A model generated the notes under the pieces. The model saw nothing but the letters and a program-made list of their open reading frames with translations, was not told where the DNA came from and searched no databases. The position numbers were made by a program, and so were the translations under genes. DNA of 63,970 bases, filler included, from Lenisia limosa (taxonomy: Eukaryota > Protista > Breviatea): the NCBI GenBank assembly GCA_001655205.1. It is 6 parts of 6 records of this genome, joined end to end, with 100 filler letters (N's around TTAATTAATTAA, not from the genome) between each part and the next. Parts side by side here need not be neighbours in the genome. Positions count along the whole stretch, not along the records: positions 1 to 21,994 come from LPNZ01008772.1; positions 22,095 to 26,713 come from LPNZ01011100.1; 4 more parts are not named here. One strand, 5' to 3'. Of the stretch, positions 12,657 through 24,960 are shown piece by piece (positions within the stretch are counted from its first letter, which is position 1; each line of letters starts with the position of its first letter).

Positions 12657-14059
12657 TCACAGAATACTCGACAGAAGCGAACAATTCCATTTCTCCGTTG
12701 GGCCGTCCATGGCAACAGGGGTCTGGGGAGGGGTGAAAATAGTGGACAAATTGGATATAAAAGTATAATTATTGCAATCACCGAAGNNNNNNNNNNNNNN
12801 NNNNNNNNNNNNNNNNNNNNNNNNNNNNNNNNNNNNNNNNNNNNNNNNNNNNNNNNNNNNNNNNNNNNNNNTTTGGCAGGAATCAGTTTCTTCCCTGCTT
12901 CCTTTGTAAATTAATAAAAGAGCGGGTGCAGTCCCAACAAACCTGTCCGGATATGCGTCAGCGTAATGGGGACGATCAATTCCCTCTAATAGCGACACGG
13001 TATGAGAGTAGGCGTCACCGTCTCCTAAATGGTCAACTGCTGTTTCAATAGAATAACTAAACAAATGACGGACAAATAAGATTTCTGATAATACTTTGTT
13101 ACCAGCGAACTGTCGATAACTGGCCAATCGAAAGGATTATCAGGACCCACTTCCGAGCTATATTGTGAATATCTGGCAACTTAGAGCTACTTTGTGAATC
13201 AACTCAATTGAGGAATAATAAGCTGTGGATATTAAGTGTGTGTTTTTTACCCTCACAAACATATTAATCTTGGGCTAATAGCTTCAGATCTACTAATCAC
13301 ACCGTTCAAAAATATGTGTTTTTTTTTAAAAAAAGCTCAAAAACCGGTTTCAAGTCATTTTTGAGCAAGTCGGCGACTTTATATTTGTGTTCATCCCTAG
13401 AAAAACAACTTCGTGGTCGTGGAAGAGGACGCAGAGGAGCAATCTAAATAGTCCGTTTCAGGATAACAAGCTGGTTTAAACATGTATACATCTTGCAACT
13501 TGTGTATCTATTACAAAACTAGGTTTACTTATTCATTTTGGGACTCCCAACACTGTTTTTACAACTCTCGAAAAAAACACATTTAGTAAAAAAATTACAT
13601 ATGATGATATGTATGAACGGTGTGATATATTCTTCGAAACTATATCGAGGGTATGAAATGATATGTAGAAGTTGAGAAAAAAAATGTGACAGTAACACTC
13701 ATATTGAGAAATATATTCATAATATCGGGAATGAAAAAAAAACACCAAGACCAACGGGGGCGAAAGAACTACACTCGGTATCGCCGAGAGTCCATCAATG
13801 TCCTGCAAGCTGATGTCAAGATCGCCGTCATACGAAGCAACAGGACTGGAAGGTCAAGGCATGCAACACAACGCCAAGGATTGTTACCTGAGAGGAGGCG
13901 TCCTGAGAGATATTGTAGACGTGGGGGAGACTCTTCCATTCTCAGATCTATCGCTGTAATCCTCTTCCTCATTTGTCTAAACCAATAAGGATGTCGTATA
14001 CGTCAAACCTGCAGAGGTTGAGGAACCGGGGTTGATCGGTTAGACAGGCCGCTGATCAT
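12657..14059 (-). CDS. Hypothetical multi-exon protein
   Basis: Exon-like open segments with GT/AG edges (MISGLSNRSTPVPQPLQ; TNEEEDYSDRSENGRVSP; GDGDAYSHTVSLLEGIDRPHYADAYPDR). Splicing not fully resolved; no family recognised. Confidence 0.4.
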
Positions 14060-14450
14060 TTTTATTGTATCACATGTCCTTTCAAATAGTCAAAAATTCT
14101 TTTCGGAGGTATATTTCTCACCCCTCCTTCACTTAAGCCAAGAGACGAGGAGAGAAAATATGGTGTTTGTCACTTCGGCTAGAAGGTTTCTCCAGAGCAG
14201 TTTGCTGCTGCTTTTTATTTAACACGACCAGGGTTTATGAATTATGCGCAAGAGAGGCAGAGAAGAGAATGAGAATTCTTTAAAAGAAGCAAATGTGACG
14301 ACGTCACTAATGTATCCCCATGATTGAAAAGCATTTAACTGAAATTGACAAATGACAACTAGGGACTTAGGGGCTAGTAGTTGTATAGTGTGTAAGTGTT
14401 TTTGTGATATCACAGTTCAGGTAGATTGGATTTTAGCTGAAAACTGAGCA

Positions 14451-15756
14451 ATGTTTTCGTTATCATCGTTCCCAAGCTTTAATTCTTGGCAACAAAGTAG
14501 CTTTCTAAAAAGAGCGTATTCATCTGGTGGCCAATTCAACATTGCTAACAAGTTTGGAACAGTCAACTTCCCTCAAATCAAGGTTTGGCCGACTTCCTGT
14601 GAATACCTCAACCTCTCCTACGTGGCATTTGATAAATCATAACTTGTTATTATACCTATCGCCATATTTTTTCGGTTCTCACCACTGCTTTAGGGCTTTC
14701 CTCTTTCGAAACATGTTACGATCTATCGGTTCCTCCCCACTGCCTACTCATCAATTGGTCATCGTGTCACCGGAGTGGCACTTTCCGGATTTGCTGCTTT
14801 AGCGTTTATTCCCTATTTACTCGGATGCTATCAACCAAAATCAGTTGCCCAGAAGATCAGAGTTGGGGGGGGGGGGGNNNNNNNNNNNNNNNNNNNNNNN
14901 NNNNNNNNNNNNNNNNNNNNNNNNNNNNNNNNNNNNNNNNNNNNNNNNNNNNNNNNNNNNNNNNNNNNNNNNNNNNNNNNNNTATTATCTGTTACTAGTG
15001 TATATCCTTGGATTATTATTTGTTCATTATAAATAAGTGCTTGGATCAGAAATAGAAGGCATATGCTATTCTTGTAATATGAATTACGGTCGTTTTTCGG
15101 CCAGATGCAAACTAAACCATACAGTGAAGAATATGTAATAGTATATTATATGGTTATGTATTGTGTATGTATTGTGTGATATTACCAGCAAAATGCAGCA
15201 CACCTCCCTTTTGATATTTATTCTTCTGCTGTTGATATGGATCTTCCAAAAACAATGGTCTGTTTTATTTCCAGCCTTTGGCGAATCTGATGAGACAAAC
15301 CATCTGTGACGTTTTAGGAAGAACCCGCCGGACGGTTGTTAATGCGAGTACCTGTGCTTCCCCTCGTGTACCATGGATTAAACGGCTTGAAACACGTGGT
15401 ATGACGGTTCTGCAGATAAGTTGACTTTTTTTTGACAGAACTGAGTTTGTTTATGATATGCTGTTCATTTGATGTCCTGACCGAGTTTTACTGTTTTCTG
15501 TCAGCTAGATATGATTAGTTAGGGCTTCACTTCGGTTCGAAAAAATCCAGTAAAATATCCTTGACTTTCGAATTCAATATTGTCTTCTAATGTGCTTCTA
15601 ATAACCCAAAAGATACAAGGGGAGCTTGGGAGGTGCCTCATGTATAACCAAGCCACTGCTGCCGCCCTGGCTGTTGCCGCCCTCACGGTGCCGATTTCCT
15701 TCATTGGCGCTGGCAAGGACATCAAGCAGGTCTTTAGAAAACCAAAGTCGGAGTAG
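14451..15756 (+). CDS. SDHC: Succinate dehydrogenase cytochrome b560 subunit (complex II membrane anchor)
   Basis: PLSKHVTIYRFLPTAYSSIGHRVTGVALSG (about 14696-14785) and LVYHGLNGLKHV (about 15361-15398) are the SdhC quinone-site and haem-His motifs. N-terminal extension; stop TAG 15754-15756. The true start may lie upstream (MVFVTSARRFLQS at 14160). Confidence 0.9.
15520..15560. mobile_element. Truncated copy of the hAT MITE family in an SDHC intron
   Basis: TAGGGCTTCACTTCGGTTCGAAAAAATCCAGTAAAATATC matches the TIR of the 21282 element; the other end is missing. Confidence 0.7.
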
Positions 15757-16064
15757 CTCACGTGTCTTATTTATTTATTTATGTATTGTTTCTTTTTTGC
15801 TACTTATAGTGCTGATTTGAACTTATCTTTTGATCATGACTACGATGCTTAATACCTTTCATTCGATCATATAACGTAGAATTGTAAGAATGCGCGGAGG
15901 TAAATACAGTTGGAAAATGCTACCATAAGTGACAACCCAATAATAACCGTTTCCATATCAATAAAACAAAACAAAAAAAAAGCTATTCTGCTGTATGATT
16001 CTCTTTTCTAATTTTATATGATTTGACCGTTACTAAATACAATCAATCAATAAATATGGTACAG

Positions 16065-18187
16065 CTAATCCTCCTCTTCTTCATCTTCGTCTTCCTCCTC
16101 CTCTTCCTCCTCTTCCTCATCCTAAATGTGTGAGAATTCGGTCCAAAACTAGGAGAAAGCTGAAATCTACCCCCCTACATCATCACTCAAGGTAATAAGA
16201 CCATCGTCCTCTTCAACCTCTTCGGTCTCATCAGAAACCGTAAAGCCTGCTGGTGCACAAATCACAAATTCTAAGTTATTAGTTTTACACAGGTCAACTT
16301 ATTGCTCTTAAAAGTAACTATCATAGTATTATTGCGTCCCCAAGTACCTCTTCTGATATCAACTTCTTCGTAATCCTCATCAGCCGACTCTTCCTCCTGT
16401 ACCTCTTCCTTGGCTTCCTCTTCCACAACTACCTTTCCTTCTTCGGTCTTCTCCTCATCCTCATCCTCATCTGAACTCTTTTCTTCATCTTCATCTTCCT
16501 CCTCTTCCTCCTTTGCCTCTTCGCTCTTTTGCTTCTTGATAGCCATTTTCCTTTCCTTTGCGGCCGTATTTCTGACGCTGGTGTTGGCAGACGCCCACTC
16601 CAGAAGTGCAGCAATGAGGAACGAAGTTTCGGCAATTTCGGTCTTGATAAGGCCCACGGAGGCGGCCTCAGCCCGCTTGAACTTTTGAGTCGATGCGGCG
16701 CTGGAAGGAGTGGTTCTGAACATCCTTTGAAGGAGCTTGCCGTCAGCAAGGATCTAAAGAGTCATCCAAGAATGAAAATGCTAACTCACCAATTCACAGT
16801 AATATGCCCCTAATTCATAAACAGTACAATAATTATATAGAGCAATGAGAAATAAAAAATAAGGTTGTATCAGGTCGAAGCCATCCACACCATCAGGGAT
16901 ATTGAATATAATATTATTTCACCCAATCATTTGCATTGCAACTCCTGCGTGCCAGTGCAATATTTATACTAACTAATCAACCAGATAAATGTGTGTGGAA
17001 ATAAAATCGAATAGCCATCATCTTTTAAAATACCTTGGTTAAGCCTTTATTTTGTTAAGATGCATTATTTCCTAACATACTTTCCTGCATTCTTGCCATT
17101 CTTTCACTTGCTCTGGAGAATAGCCAACAAGGTAAAACACAGCCCTCAGAGAAGCATGGATCTCATCAGAGGCCTTTTCGATACTAAACAGTTAGAATAG
17201 CCGCAATGTTTGAAAATCTTGATATTATTCATTCGTTTGAATAGAAAGGAGGAATTGCCTACTAATTAGTCCAAACAACGAAAAACGGTCAACACTCAAT
17301 TTATTTATGAAATAAAGAATGAGTTGCCTATCTTAAAAAACACACACATAAATAAGCACAATTATACCTTTTCTGATGGCAGCTTCAAAAGCAAATTCAA
17401 TGTGATCTAATACTCCCCCCTCCAGTAAAGGACAATTTTCATATGTATAGATCCATTATGTGTTACCTTCGCTTACAAATTGACATTGCACCAAACACTA
17501 TTGAAAAATAATACTAATAGCCATAATAATCCCTCACCCCCCACTTGGCAGCTTCTTTCCAGTAGCTCTGCTCAACCTCCTTGATGGCAGACAGAACAGT
17601 TTCATGTCGAATGGATGCCTCATCTCGAGTGTCCTCAGCAACTATATTAGAGAATAACAAATACCTGCGTGAACTAGTCTTTCTCCAAGTGATTTAAACA
17701 ACGACAAGTTCTGTGTGCGCTTCTTCTCGGCCTGGGAAATAAAGAAGAAGATGGAAGGGGAAAACGACAAGAAAACAGTTGAGCAAAACGTGTGCGGGCT
17801 AACCTCAATAGCTTCAAGGCGAAGCCTCTCCTCTTCCATTTTGCGTTCCTCCTCCTCTCTCATGATTCTTTCTCTTTCAATTCGGGCAGCATATTCAGCA
17901 CGCTCCACCTCCAGCATTTCGGCCTTACGGACCGCCTAGGGGGACGTCAACAGTGGGAATGCCTCCTATTAAGGAGCTGTATTCAAAAAAATAAAAAACA
18001 ATGTCCATACGCAGCGAAGAAGGTCTTACACCAAGCAAACCTCAACTTTACGGGCCTCATCTTGTAACTGACTGAGAAGACACTCAGCTAAATATGAAAC
18101 TGGGTACTGTGGTCTGTCTAAAACTACTTTAGCAAGGGCTGAAGCCAGTTGTGGCCCAACACTGGATTTCAGATATTCAGAATCCAT
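16065..18187 (-). CDS. Dpy-30-motif protein, DYDC/radial spoke protein 2-like, with acidic tail
   Basis: MDSEYLKSSVGPQLASALAKVVLDRPQYPVSYLAECLL is a Dpy-30 motif, followed by an E/R coiled coil, LRAVFYLVGYSPEQVKEWQECRK/ILADGKLLQRMF, and a long E/D tract ending DEDEEEED*. Confidence 0.75.
16840..16953 (-). repeat. Dispersed repeat family B, copy in an intron of the Dpy-30 gene
   Basis: GAGCAATGAGAAATAAAAAATAAGGTTGTATCAGGTCGAAGCCATCCAC...TTTCACCCAATCATTTGCATTGCAACTCC. Confidence 0.78.
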
Positions 18188-18377
18188 TTCTCAACAAAGT
18201 AATCGTTCTAGTTTCACTGTGATTTCACTGAAATAGATGTCCTACTCTTGTTTTCAATCAAAAAGTCAAAAATGGCTTAAATAAGAATATTTGGTAAGAT
18301 GGACCCCTTGGTTCTTATTTAATTAATTTTCTCTCAATCCCATCATGATATGTTCATTACAATCATTAATATCATTA

Positions 18378-18455
18378 CAAGACAATTGCAAGATAGTTGC
18401 ACAACAGTTGCAAGACAATTACAGGACAGTTACAGAGCAGTCGCAAGACAATTCA
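18378..18455. repeat. Degenerate 11-bp tandem repeat, intergenic
   Basis: CAAGACAATTG/CAAGATAGTTG/CACAACAGTTG/CAAGACAATTA series. Confidence 0.7.
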
Positions 18456-18572
18456 GGCAATTGCTCCTCTATCAACCTGCTATCAACTCTAGGTCTAGGG
18501 GTATAAAGATAAACCAGTTCTGTCGAATGGAAGTGAAAAGATGAAAAGATAAATTAAATTCGGAAACAAGGA

Positions 18573-21500
18573 CTAAACAACGGACGAAGCAAGAGCCTCA
18601 GCAATTTCGGCGTCTTCGCAGTCGACAGTGACCTTCATGTGCAGCACGCCATCTTGCTGAGTCTGGACCGTTAAAATGCTGAGATGCTACTCTTGGCGAA
18701 AAAAAAAAAAAAAAAAAACCTCCAACATGATGATATAATCAAAGCAGAAACACACAGCAAAGCAGACAACACTCACTATTTCTGCTCTTGACACACGATA
18801 TACCCCCCACATAGTCAGCCTGAAGGAACACGTCCTTTCCAGCTATACGGCCGCACATTCTGCTCTGAGATTTGGTTTGTGAGTCGGAGTGCATGTGCAG
18901 CATGTCTGCCATAACGTCATGTGCGTCTGGGGGGGGGGGGGNNNNNNNNNNNNNNNNNNNNNNNNNNNNNNNNNNNNNNNNNNNNNNNNNNNNNNNNNNN
19001 NNNNNNNNNNNNNNNNNNNNNNNNNNNNNNNNNNNNNNNNNNNNNNNNNNNNNNNNNNNNNNNNNNNNNNNNNNNNNNNNNNCTAAGTATTTGGGATAAG
19101 GACTAAAAACAACAAAATAAACAAAGCCCAAACCAGTCGCTTTCAGTATCAAACTAAACTAAGATTATAGCCCCCCCCCCCCTGCTAGTTCCATTATTCC
19201 CAACGTTTCGAAAAATACCGTTTAAATATTTAGTAGGGAACCCTTGACCAAAAAAATAAACAGCACCCACCCTTTGATGACTTGACGCCTGCAAGAGCGT
19301 AGTCCGCCTCAGCTGAGTGGTGCTCCACTGTCTCGTGCCACTGGGGGGGGGGAGTTATTCTGGTCTATATTGAAAGAAATTGCTTACATTTGGAAATCAA
19401 GAAAATAAATCAAGAAAATAAATCAAGAAAATAGATTCTAACAGGAACGCCATGTGTAAAGACCCCCCCCCCCNNNNNNNNNNNNNNNNNNNNNNNNNNN
19501 NNNNNNNNNNNNNNNNNNNNNNNNNNNNNNNNNNNNNNNNNNNNNNNNNNNNNNNNNNNNNNNNNNNNNNNNNNNNNNNNNNNNNNNNNNNNNNNNNNNN
19601 NNNNNNNNNNNNNNNAAGAAGTGTCAGATCGTCAAAGGTTTGAAAATGGAAGAAACGAGGAAAGTCAAAATGCGGCTTACCTCCACGTCTTCAATGCAGT
19701 AGGTTTCGTCGTAGACGTCTTCCTCGTCTCCCTCCATCTAGACAAGTGAAAACAAGGTTGCTGAGGTAACCAAATAGTAGGTATCAATTGCAATAAGAGA
19801 AAAGTGCTGTTGTTGTGAATGCAATAATAATCTGCATTCCTCAAAGTGTTAGACCAATTGTGCCTGCATTAATGCAACTAATGCAACTGCCTACTTCTCC
19901 GGTATTGGGGTCAACGTCTGCTGCCTTGTACACCAGGGTGCAGGCAAGGAAACCTGGTAGTTAGTGGCCAATTCTTGTATCTGCTTTTGAATACAGTTTG
20001 AACTCAAGTTAAGATACAAAAGAACCTCTGATATGAAAACAGATATTTAAGTTAATTCAGAAAATTATAAAATATCCTCCCAGCATACCGGAAGGATAGC
20101 AGTGAGAAGGCTTTGAAAAGACAACCCAAGAGCTGTCAGGCTGGTTGTAAACGAGCTTGGGGATCGGCAGTGATCCGACGAGTGTGAAGCCATCTTCGTC
20201 TCCTAAGATATTAGCACTGCCCTTTTCTGATATGTAGGTATCTGTCATTAAACGTAACAACAATAATTGGTGAAATTTTGGAGAAAATCACTAAGGCTTC
20301 ACCGAAGTGAAGAAGTCATTATTATCCCCCCCCCCCCCCNNNNNNNNNNNNNNNNNNNNNNNNNNNNNNNNNNNNNNNNNNNNNNNNNNNNNNNNNNNNN
20401 NNAGAAGACAAATGTCATCGAGGGTGGAGGTGCATGTAAACTGGCGGGTTAAGGTGAAGTTGTTTTGTTCTTTGAAAAGAAAAAAGAAGTAGGAATCAGT
20501 GGGAGAAAAAAAACTCATAATGACAGTCAGTTCGGAGTTAGATGGCTCACCTGGAAGGCGATGTGGTTTTGGAAGATATGGCGCTGGCATTCAATGATGA
20601 ACTCCGTGTCACTGGGATGTGAGAAGAGGGGGGTTATCGGAATGTAAAGGAAATAAGGCAACAAGCCACATGATTGTGCTAAAAGTAATCATTTCTCTAC
20701 CACGAGATCAAATAACTTGAAAAAAACACACACCACAAAAACGATGGTTTTTATAGGGTTGTAGCGAATCTCAAGATGACAATAAGTTGAGAACCAATGG
20801 TCAAGAGCCCACTTTTCGGTCAGAGGAACAGGGACCAGGGAGTTGAAGCACTTTCCAAGGTTCTCGCATCCCGGGATGTTCTTTAACACCTCCAACTCAA
20901 CAGCAGCTATGGGGGTCAGGTCCAATCATGGCTGGGCATCAAGGAGAAAGCAAAAAAACAAAAAAAAAATCATGTCAAAGAGAGCGTGGGGGGATTGAGT
21001 ATTACAAAAAGCTCATCAATACACGAACAATCGAAGAAGTAGCAAGAAATGGAATGCCAATTCTCATCAACCCAGCCAGCCCACAAGCTACAGTCGACAC
21101 GGGGGTGGGCACAAGAGGAGACGCCGCCGCCGAGGGTCCTGTAGAGGTCTGTGGCTTTGGAGACGCGGCTGCAAGGGTCTTGGCTTCTTGACGTTGCTGG
21201 AGGAGGGAGTTACTTGATGAACCTGAATTAGCCATTTGGCAGTTAGCGAAATGGAACGCTCGCATGGCACAACCCAACAACTAGGGCTTCACTTCTATTC
21301 GAAAAATACCGGTAAAATGTCGATAGTTTTCGAGGATTTATTGAGAAGTTCAGTCTTTTTCGAACCGAAGTGAAGCCCTACCAACAACCCATGGCTACCA
21401 TGCTTGTGAGTCTGAGGGCCTGCGCCATGCAGAAGGGACGCTGGAGGTCTGCAGTAGGGGCCCTCTGGTTGTTCAGCGCAGCGTCAAGCCTGGAGGTGAG

Positions 21501-21994
21501 GAAATAACGACCAAAAAATGATAGTGCACAAAATAAAAATAAGAGGGGGGGGGGGAGATCCTTCCAGCATACTCGGTAGGAGAGAGAGGGAAAGGCTCGG
21601 TGAAGGCCTCCTTCAATGCCTCAGCGGAGGGTCCTGGAAAATAAACAGTCTGTCTGATGATGAAGTACGTAAACAACGTGACTTCATGTTGATAAAATAT
21701 GTGAAACAACAAAACCCATGTAGCGCCAGACCTTGGGTGTGGAAGACAGCCAGAAGACGGGCAGCCCTGTCCCTCACTTCATCATCATCGTCAGTCAATG
21801 CTCTGTTGTTGTGAGCAAGGAGAACAGCTTGCCACATAGCCCAGCTTAAAACAAAGGAGGCGTAGGGATTACATTGTCCCACCAACCTGGAAAGAAGAGA
21901 TGCGATGGTGTCGTTAGCGACGCCCGGGTGGAGGAGGAATTTACCGAGGCAAGACACCGCCGCGGCCCTCACAGATGGTCCCTCGAGTTGGAGC
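18573..21994 (-). CDS. COPG: Coatomer subunit gamma, C-terminal half (5' truncated at segment edge)
   Basis: LEGPSVRAAAVSCLGKF, TDDDDEVRDRAA, PLTEK/DTEFIIECQRHIFQNHIAFQ/FTCTSTLDD, ADVDPNTGE, YDETYCIEDVE, LHMKVTVDCEDAEIAEALASSVV* follow the gamma-COP trunk and appendage motifs in order. Confidence 0.93.
19206..19245. mobile_element. Degenerate, internally deleted remnant of the hAT MITE
   Basis: TTTCGAAAAATACCG and AGTAGGGAACCCTT match the left interior and right end of the full copies. Confidence 0.5.
19394..19432. repeat. 13-bp tandem repeat x3 in a COPG intron
   Basis: AAATCAAGAAAAT x3. Confidence 0.9.
21282..21380. mobile_element. hAT-type MITE (99 bp) in a COPG intron
   Basis: TIR TAGGGCTTCACTTC...GAAGTGAAGCCCTA (extends imperfectly to about 25 bp), flanked by a perfect 8-bp direct repeat CCAACAAC (21274-21281, 21381-21388). 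Confidence 0.88.
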
Positions 21995-22038
21995 NNNNNN
22001 NNNNNNNNNNNNNNNNNNNNNNNNNNNNNNNNNNNNNN

Positions 22039-22050
22039 TTAATTAATTAA
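22039..22050. other. Artificial contig-joining linker
   Basis: TTAATTAATTAA (stops in all six frames) flanked by 44 N on each side. Confidence 0.97.
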
Positions 22051-22347
22051 NNNNNNNNNNNNNNNNNNNNNNNNNNNNNNNNNNNNNNNNNNNNTATCCC
22101 TTACCCAAGTAAAGATCTCCATATCACTTGACCATTATCTAGGTTTTATGGACTTCGTATCCCTGGTGTGTCCAGTCATGCCCCAGGTTAGTTGTTCATT
22201 CATTCATTTCAATATACACTTGGGGGAACCCTTATGATATTACCAGATACAACCTTTTTTATTTCGCATCTCTCTCTATATATAATATATCATATATCGA
22301 TATGTATACATATCATATATTATATTCATACATGTATATACCTGATA

Positions 22348-23982
22348 ATGTCGTCTCACGACGCAGACGTTGACGCCACAATTGCGCGAGTTTTGAGTTC
22401 CAACAGCGTGGTGGCGGCACAGGAAACCATTGAGGCTGTTCAGAGAAAGTGTGATAGTTGTGTTGTCATTTTGTTCATCTCAAAAAGTATTTAATTTTAA
22501 TAAAAAATTCCGCTTCAGTAGCCCCCCCTCCCCTTTTTTTTTATCTTTCATTACCTTTTAATGGAAAGTGAATTAAGCTTATTCGTCCCCAGAATCAGTA
22601 TCATACATATGTCTTNNNNNNNNNNNNNNNNNNNNNNNNNNNNNNNNNNNNNNNNNNNNNNNNNNNNNNNNNNNNNNNNNNNNNNNNNNNNNNNNTGTTC
22701 TTATTTCCACATTATTGACGCCCCCCCCCCCAGAGCCTGGGCCGCACGTCTTGGACACGAAACATGCATGGTGGCTCTATCGCACTCCTCAGGTTAGCGC
22801 ATTGGTTTATTGGTGCCACACCTCCATAAAATATATTATACTACATATAACAAAGACACGGAATGCATAATTTGTATAAAACTATGTAGTATAATGATAT
22901 TTATATGTAGTATGTTACAAGTATCATTTTCATACATACTACATATATGATATACTATTTGGCGGCTTCAAGCGACTCCTTCTTCTTTCTTCAAAACTGA
23001 CCATCTAGACCTTGGTACACGAACAGCAAGGTTGGCTTATGATAGTTCAATGTAACTGCTCTTCTTGAATGTTATTATTGATAATAATTTGGAAGTAAAC
23101 GAAACTACATATTACATCGTATACTGTCTACATACATAATGTACGTATTGCACCTCCTTAACTCCTGATTTTTCCGACCTCCAGTCGTTACCGTGCACTA
23201 AAACGTGACGCTAAGCCTGGAGAAGGTTTGTTTTTGGCATAGTATATCATGTAATACGTGTACATAGCTACATATGATATATATCGATATGTTATGGTAG
23301 GATTATATATAGTTTTTCCAAATTGTTTACTATTAGTTTTTCCAAATTTTCTAGTATAAGTTTTTTCAAATTTTCTAGTATTAATTTTTCCAAATTTTCT
23401 ATTTTTACTCCTCTTAGAACCGGTGAAATGGGCCTCGGAAGACGTTTTAACTGCTGGTCGTCGTGTCCTGGCTGAAATGCTCTACATTCCACACGGAGCT
23501 GAGAAGAAGCCACCCACGCCTAAACGGTGAGTAGGGATCTTTAATGAAATCTTCACTTCCGTTTGCAAAATACTCTTTATCATCGATTAATCTTCGATAC
23601 GAATCGATATTACATGTCTTTTGGAACCGTAAGCGAATCTCAAATTTTGGATATTGTATCGGTGGTTGATCCCTGAAAGCCAAATATAGATTCAACCTGT
23701 TTAATTTCGTCGCGTTTAACAACTTTAGATATTTTTGAATGTATTATCAATTAATTTAATACGAATAATTACTCACCTTTTTTTTTGACAAGCCAGAAAA
23801 TTGAAGAAGAAGGTGAAGCAGCCAGCTTCTGTAGCCAGCAACAAGGACCTCCCGATAAGCTACCCCTTCATGTCCCCTTTCCCTTTAACAGGTCCCAATA
23901 CACCAGAAGAGGTGGGTGGGAGTGAGCAAAAGCATGGGATTTTTCTTTCTCACAGGGCACCTTACAATTAATTAAGCACTAA
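22348..23982 (+). CDS. Small basic hypothetical protein (about 150 aa, 7 exons)
   Basis: Exons join in consistent phase through GT-AG introns: MSSHDADVDATIARVL...QRKAWAARLGHETCMVALSHSSDLGTRTARSRYRALKRDAKPGEEPVKWASEDVLTAGRRVLAEMLYIP...PNTPEEGTLQLIKH*. Confidence 0.55.
23311..23406. repeat. Intronic minisatellite, 24-bp unit x4
   Basis: AGTTTTTCCAAATTTTCTAGTAT(T/A) repeated. Confidence 0.85.
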
Positions 23983-24960
23983 GGCAGAGAGAAACTGAGA
24001 ATAGAATTGAGACGATATAGCACTTAAATTCTTGAGACAGCCCGTTGAATTGGTCCCGCAGGCAACCTCGGTAGCATATCCTACAATTGGTTCTGGCTGC
24101 AATTTCATGAAATATCAAATAAACCTTCAACCTATTAGTAACATTCTTCTTCATATACTCACCATCAGAACTCTCCTCAAAAATTGGTTTGGTGTTTTTC
24201 ATTACGGTTTTCAACAAAATAGGTAGCAGCTGTTATTTTTCGCGTTGCACCAAGACCTCTCAAACACTCAAGGACTGCCTCCACTTATCAAAACAACAAC
24301 TACTGAAAGACAAAATTTGAAAAAGCAAAAAACAAAAGAAAAGAAAAAAACTGGTACTATGTGATCAATGACGGTTGGCTTGTGCTTAATCGTAAATGGT
24401 AAATTAGATAAGATGGAGAATAATCCTAATAATCACCTTGGTGCGTAGTCGGTGTCAGTGCAGTTGGAGGCAAGGTTCCGAAGGGAGACTGGCTAGAGAG
24501 ATGATGATACGGGAGGAGGTGATAATGTAGCTGTCAGACACTGGAAGCATTAGAAAATCTGTACACTGTTATTTTCAGTTAATAATTGGACGTACATTTT
24601 GTCGAATACAAGGTCCTTGAACGATTTTAAACATGGTGGGACATAAGCACCCATCTCCGAAAGACGGCTGCTGTTCCAACGCATTGTTTGAATTTTTGTC
24701 CGCTGCTTCAAAAAAACGCCGCCAATGTGAATTAACAACAATTAAATAGTCTGATACCAATCAAAAAAAGGGAATAAAGAGGCCAGAGACTGAACAAACA
24801 GAAGTGGGGTATCAACCAGAAAGGGAGGTGAGATAAAATGAGTGTTACAAATAATTCCGAATTTTACATGAATTTTCTATCCAAACCTATCACACGGGAA
24901 GACCGTCTGGAGAGAAATGAAATTCAGATTGCTGTTGGTCTTCCTCTTGAATATTATTAA
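23968..24960 (-). CDS. Hypothetical multi-exon protein (boundaries uncertain)
   Basis: Open exon-like segments HWRRFFEAADKNSNNALEQQPSFGDGCLCP; PVSLRNLASNCTDTDYAPR; EAVLECLRGLGATRKITAATYF; EPIVGYATEVACGTNSTGCLKNLSAISSQFYSQFLSALVLN*. Confidence 0.4.

Noticed and set aside
14696-14790. Rhodoquinone-type substitution in SDHC
   Set aside because: The site reads S-I-G-H-R, retaining the Ile of ubiquinone-type enzymes; this is not the Ascaris-type Gly at that position.
16410-16813. Plus-strand ORFs 16410-16688 and 16529-16813
   Set aside because: Antisense shadows of the low-complexity acidic exon of the Dpy-30 gene.
22039-22050. TTAATTAATTAA as a biological motif (piggyBac site or telomere-like repeat)
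   Set aside because: Always centred in exactly 44+44 N; it is an assembly linker.
24670-24720. EF-hand in FEAADKNSNNALEQQP
   Set aside because: Loop position 12 is Pro, not Glu/Asp, and no partner EF-hand was seen.
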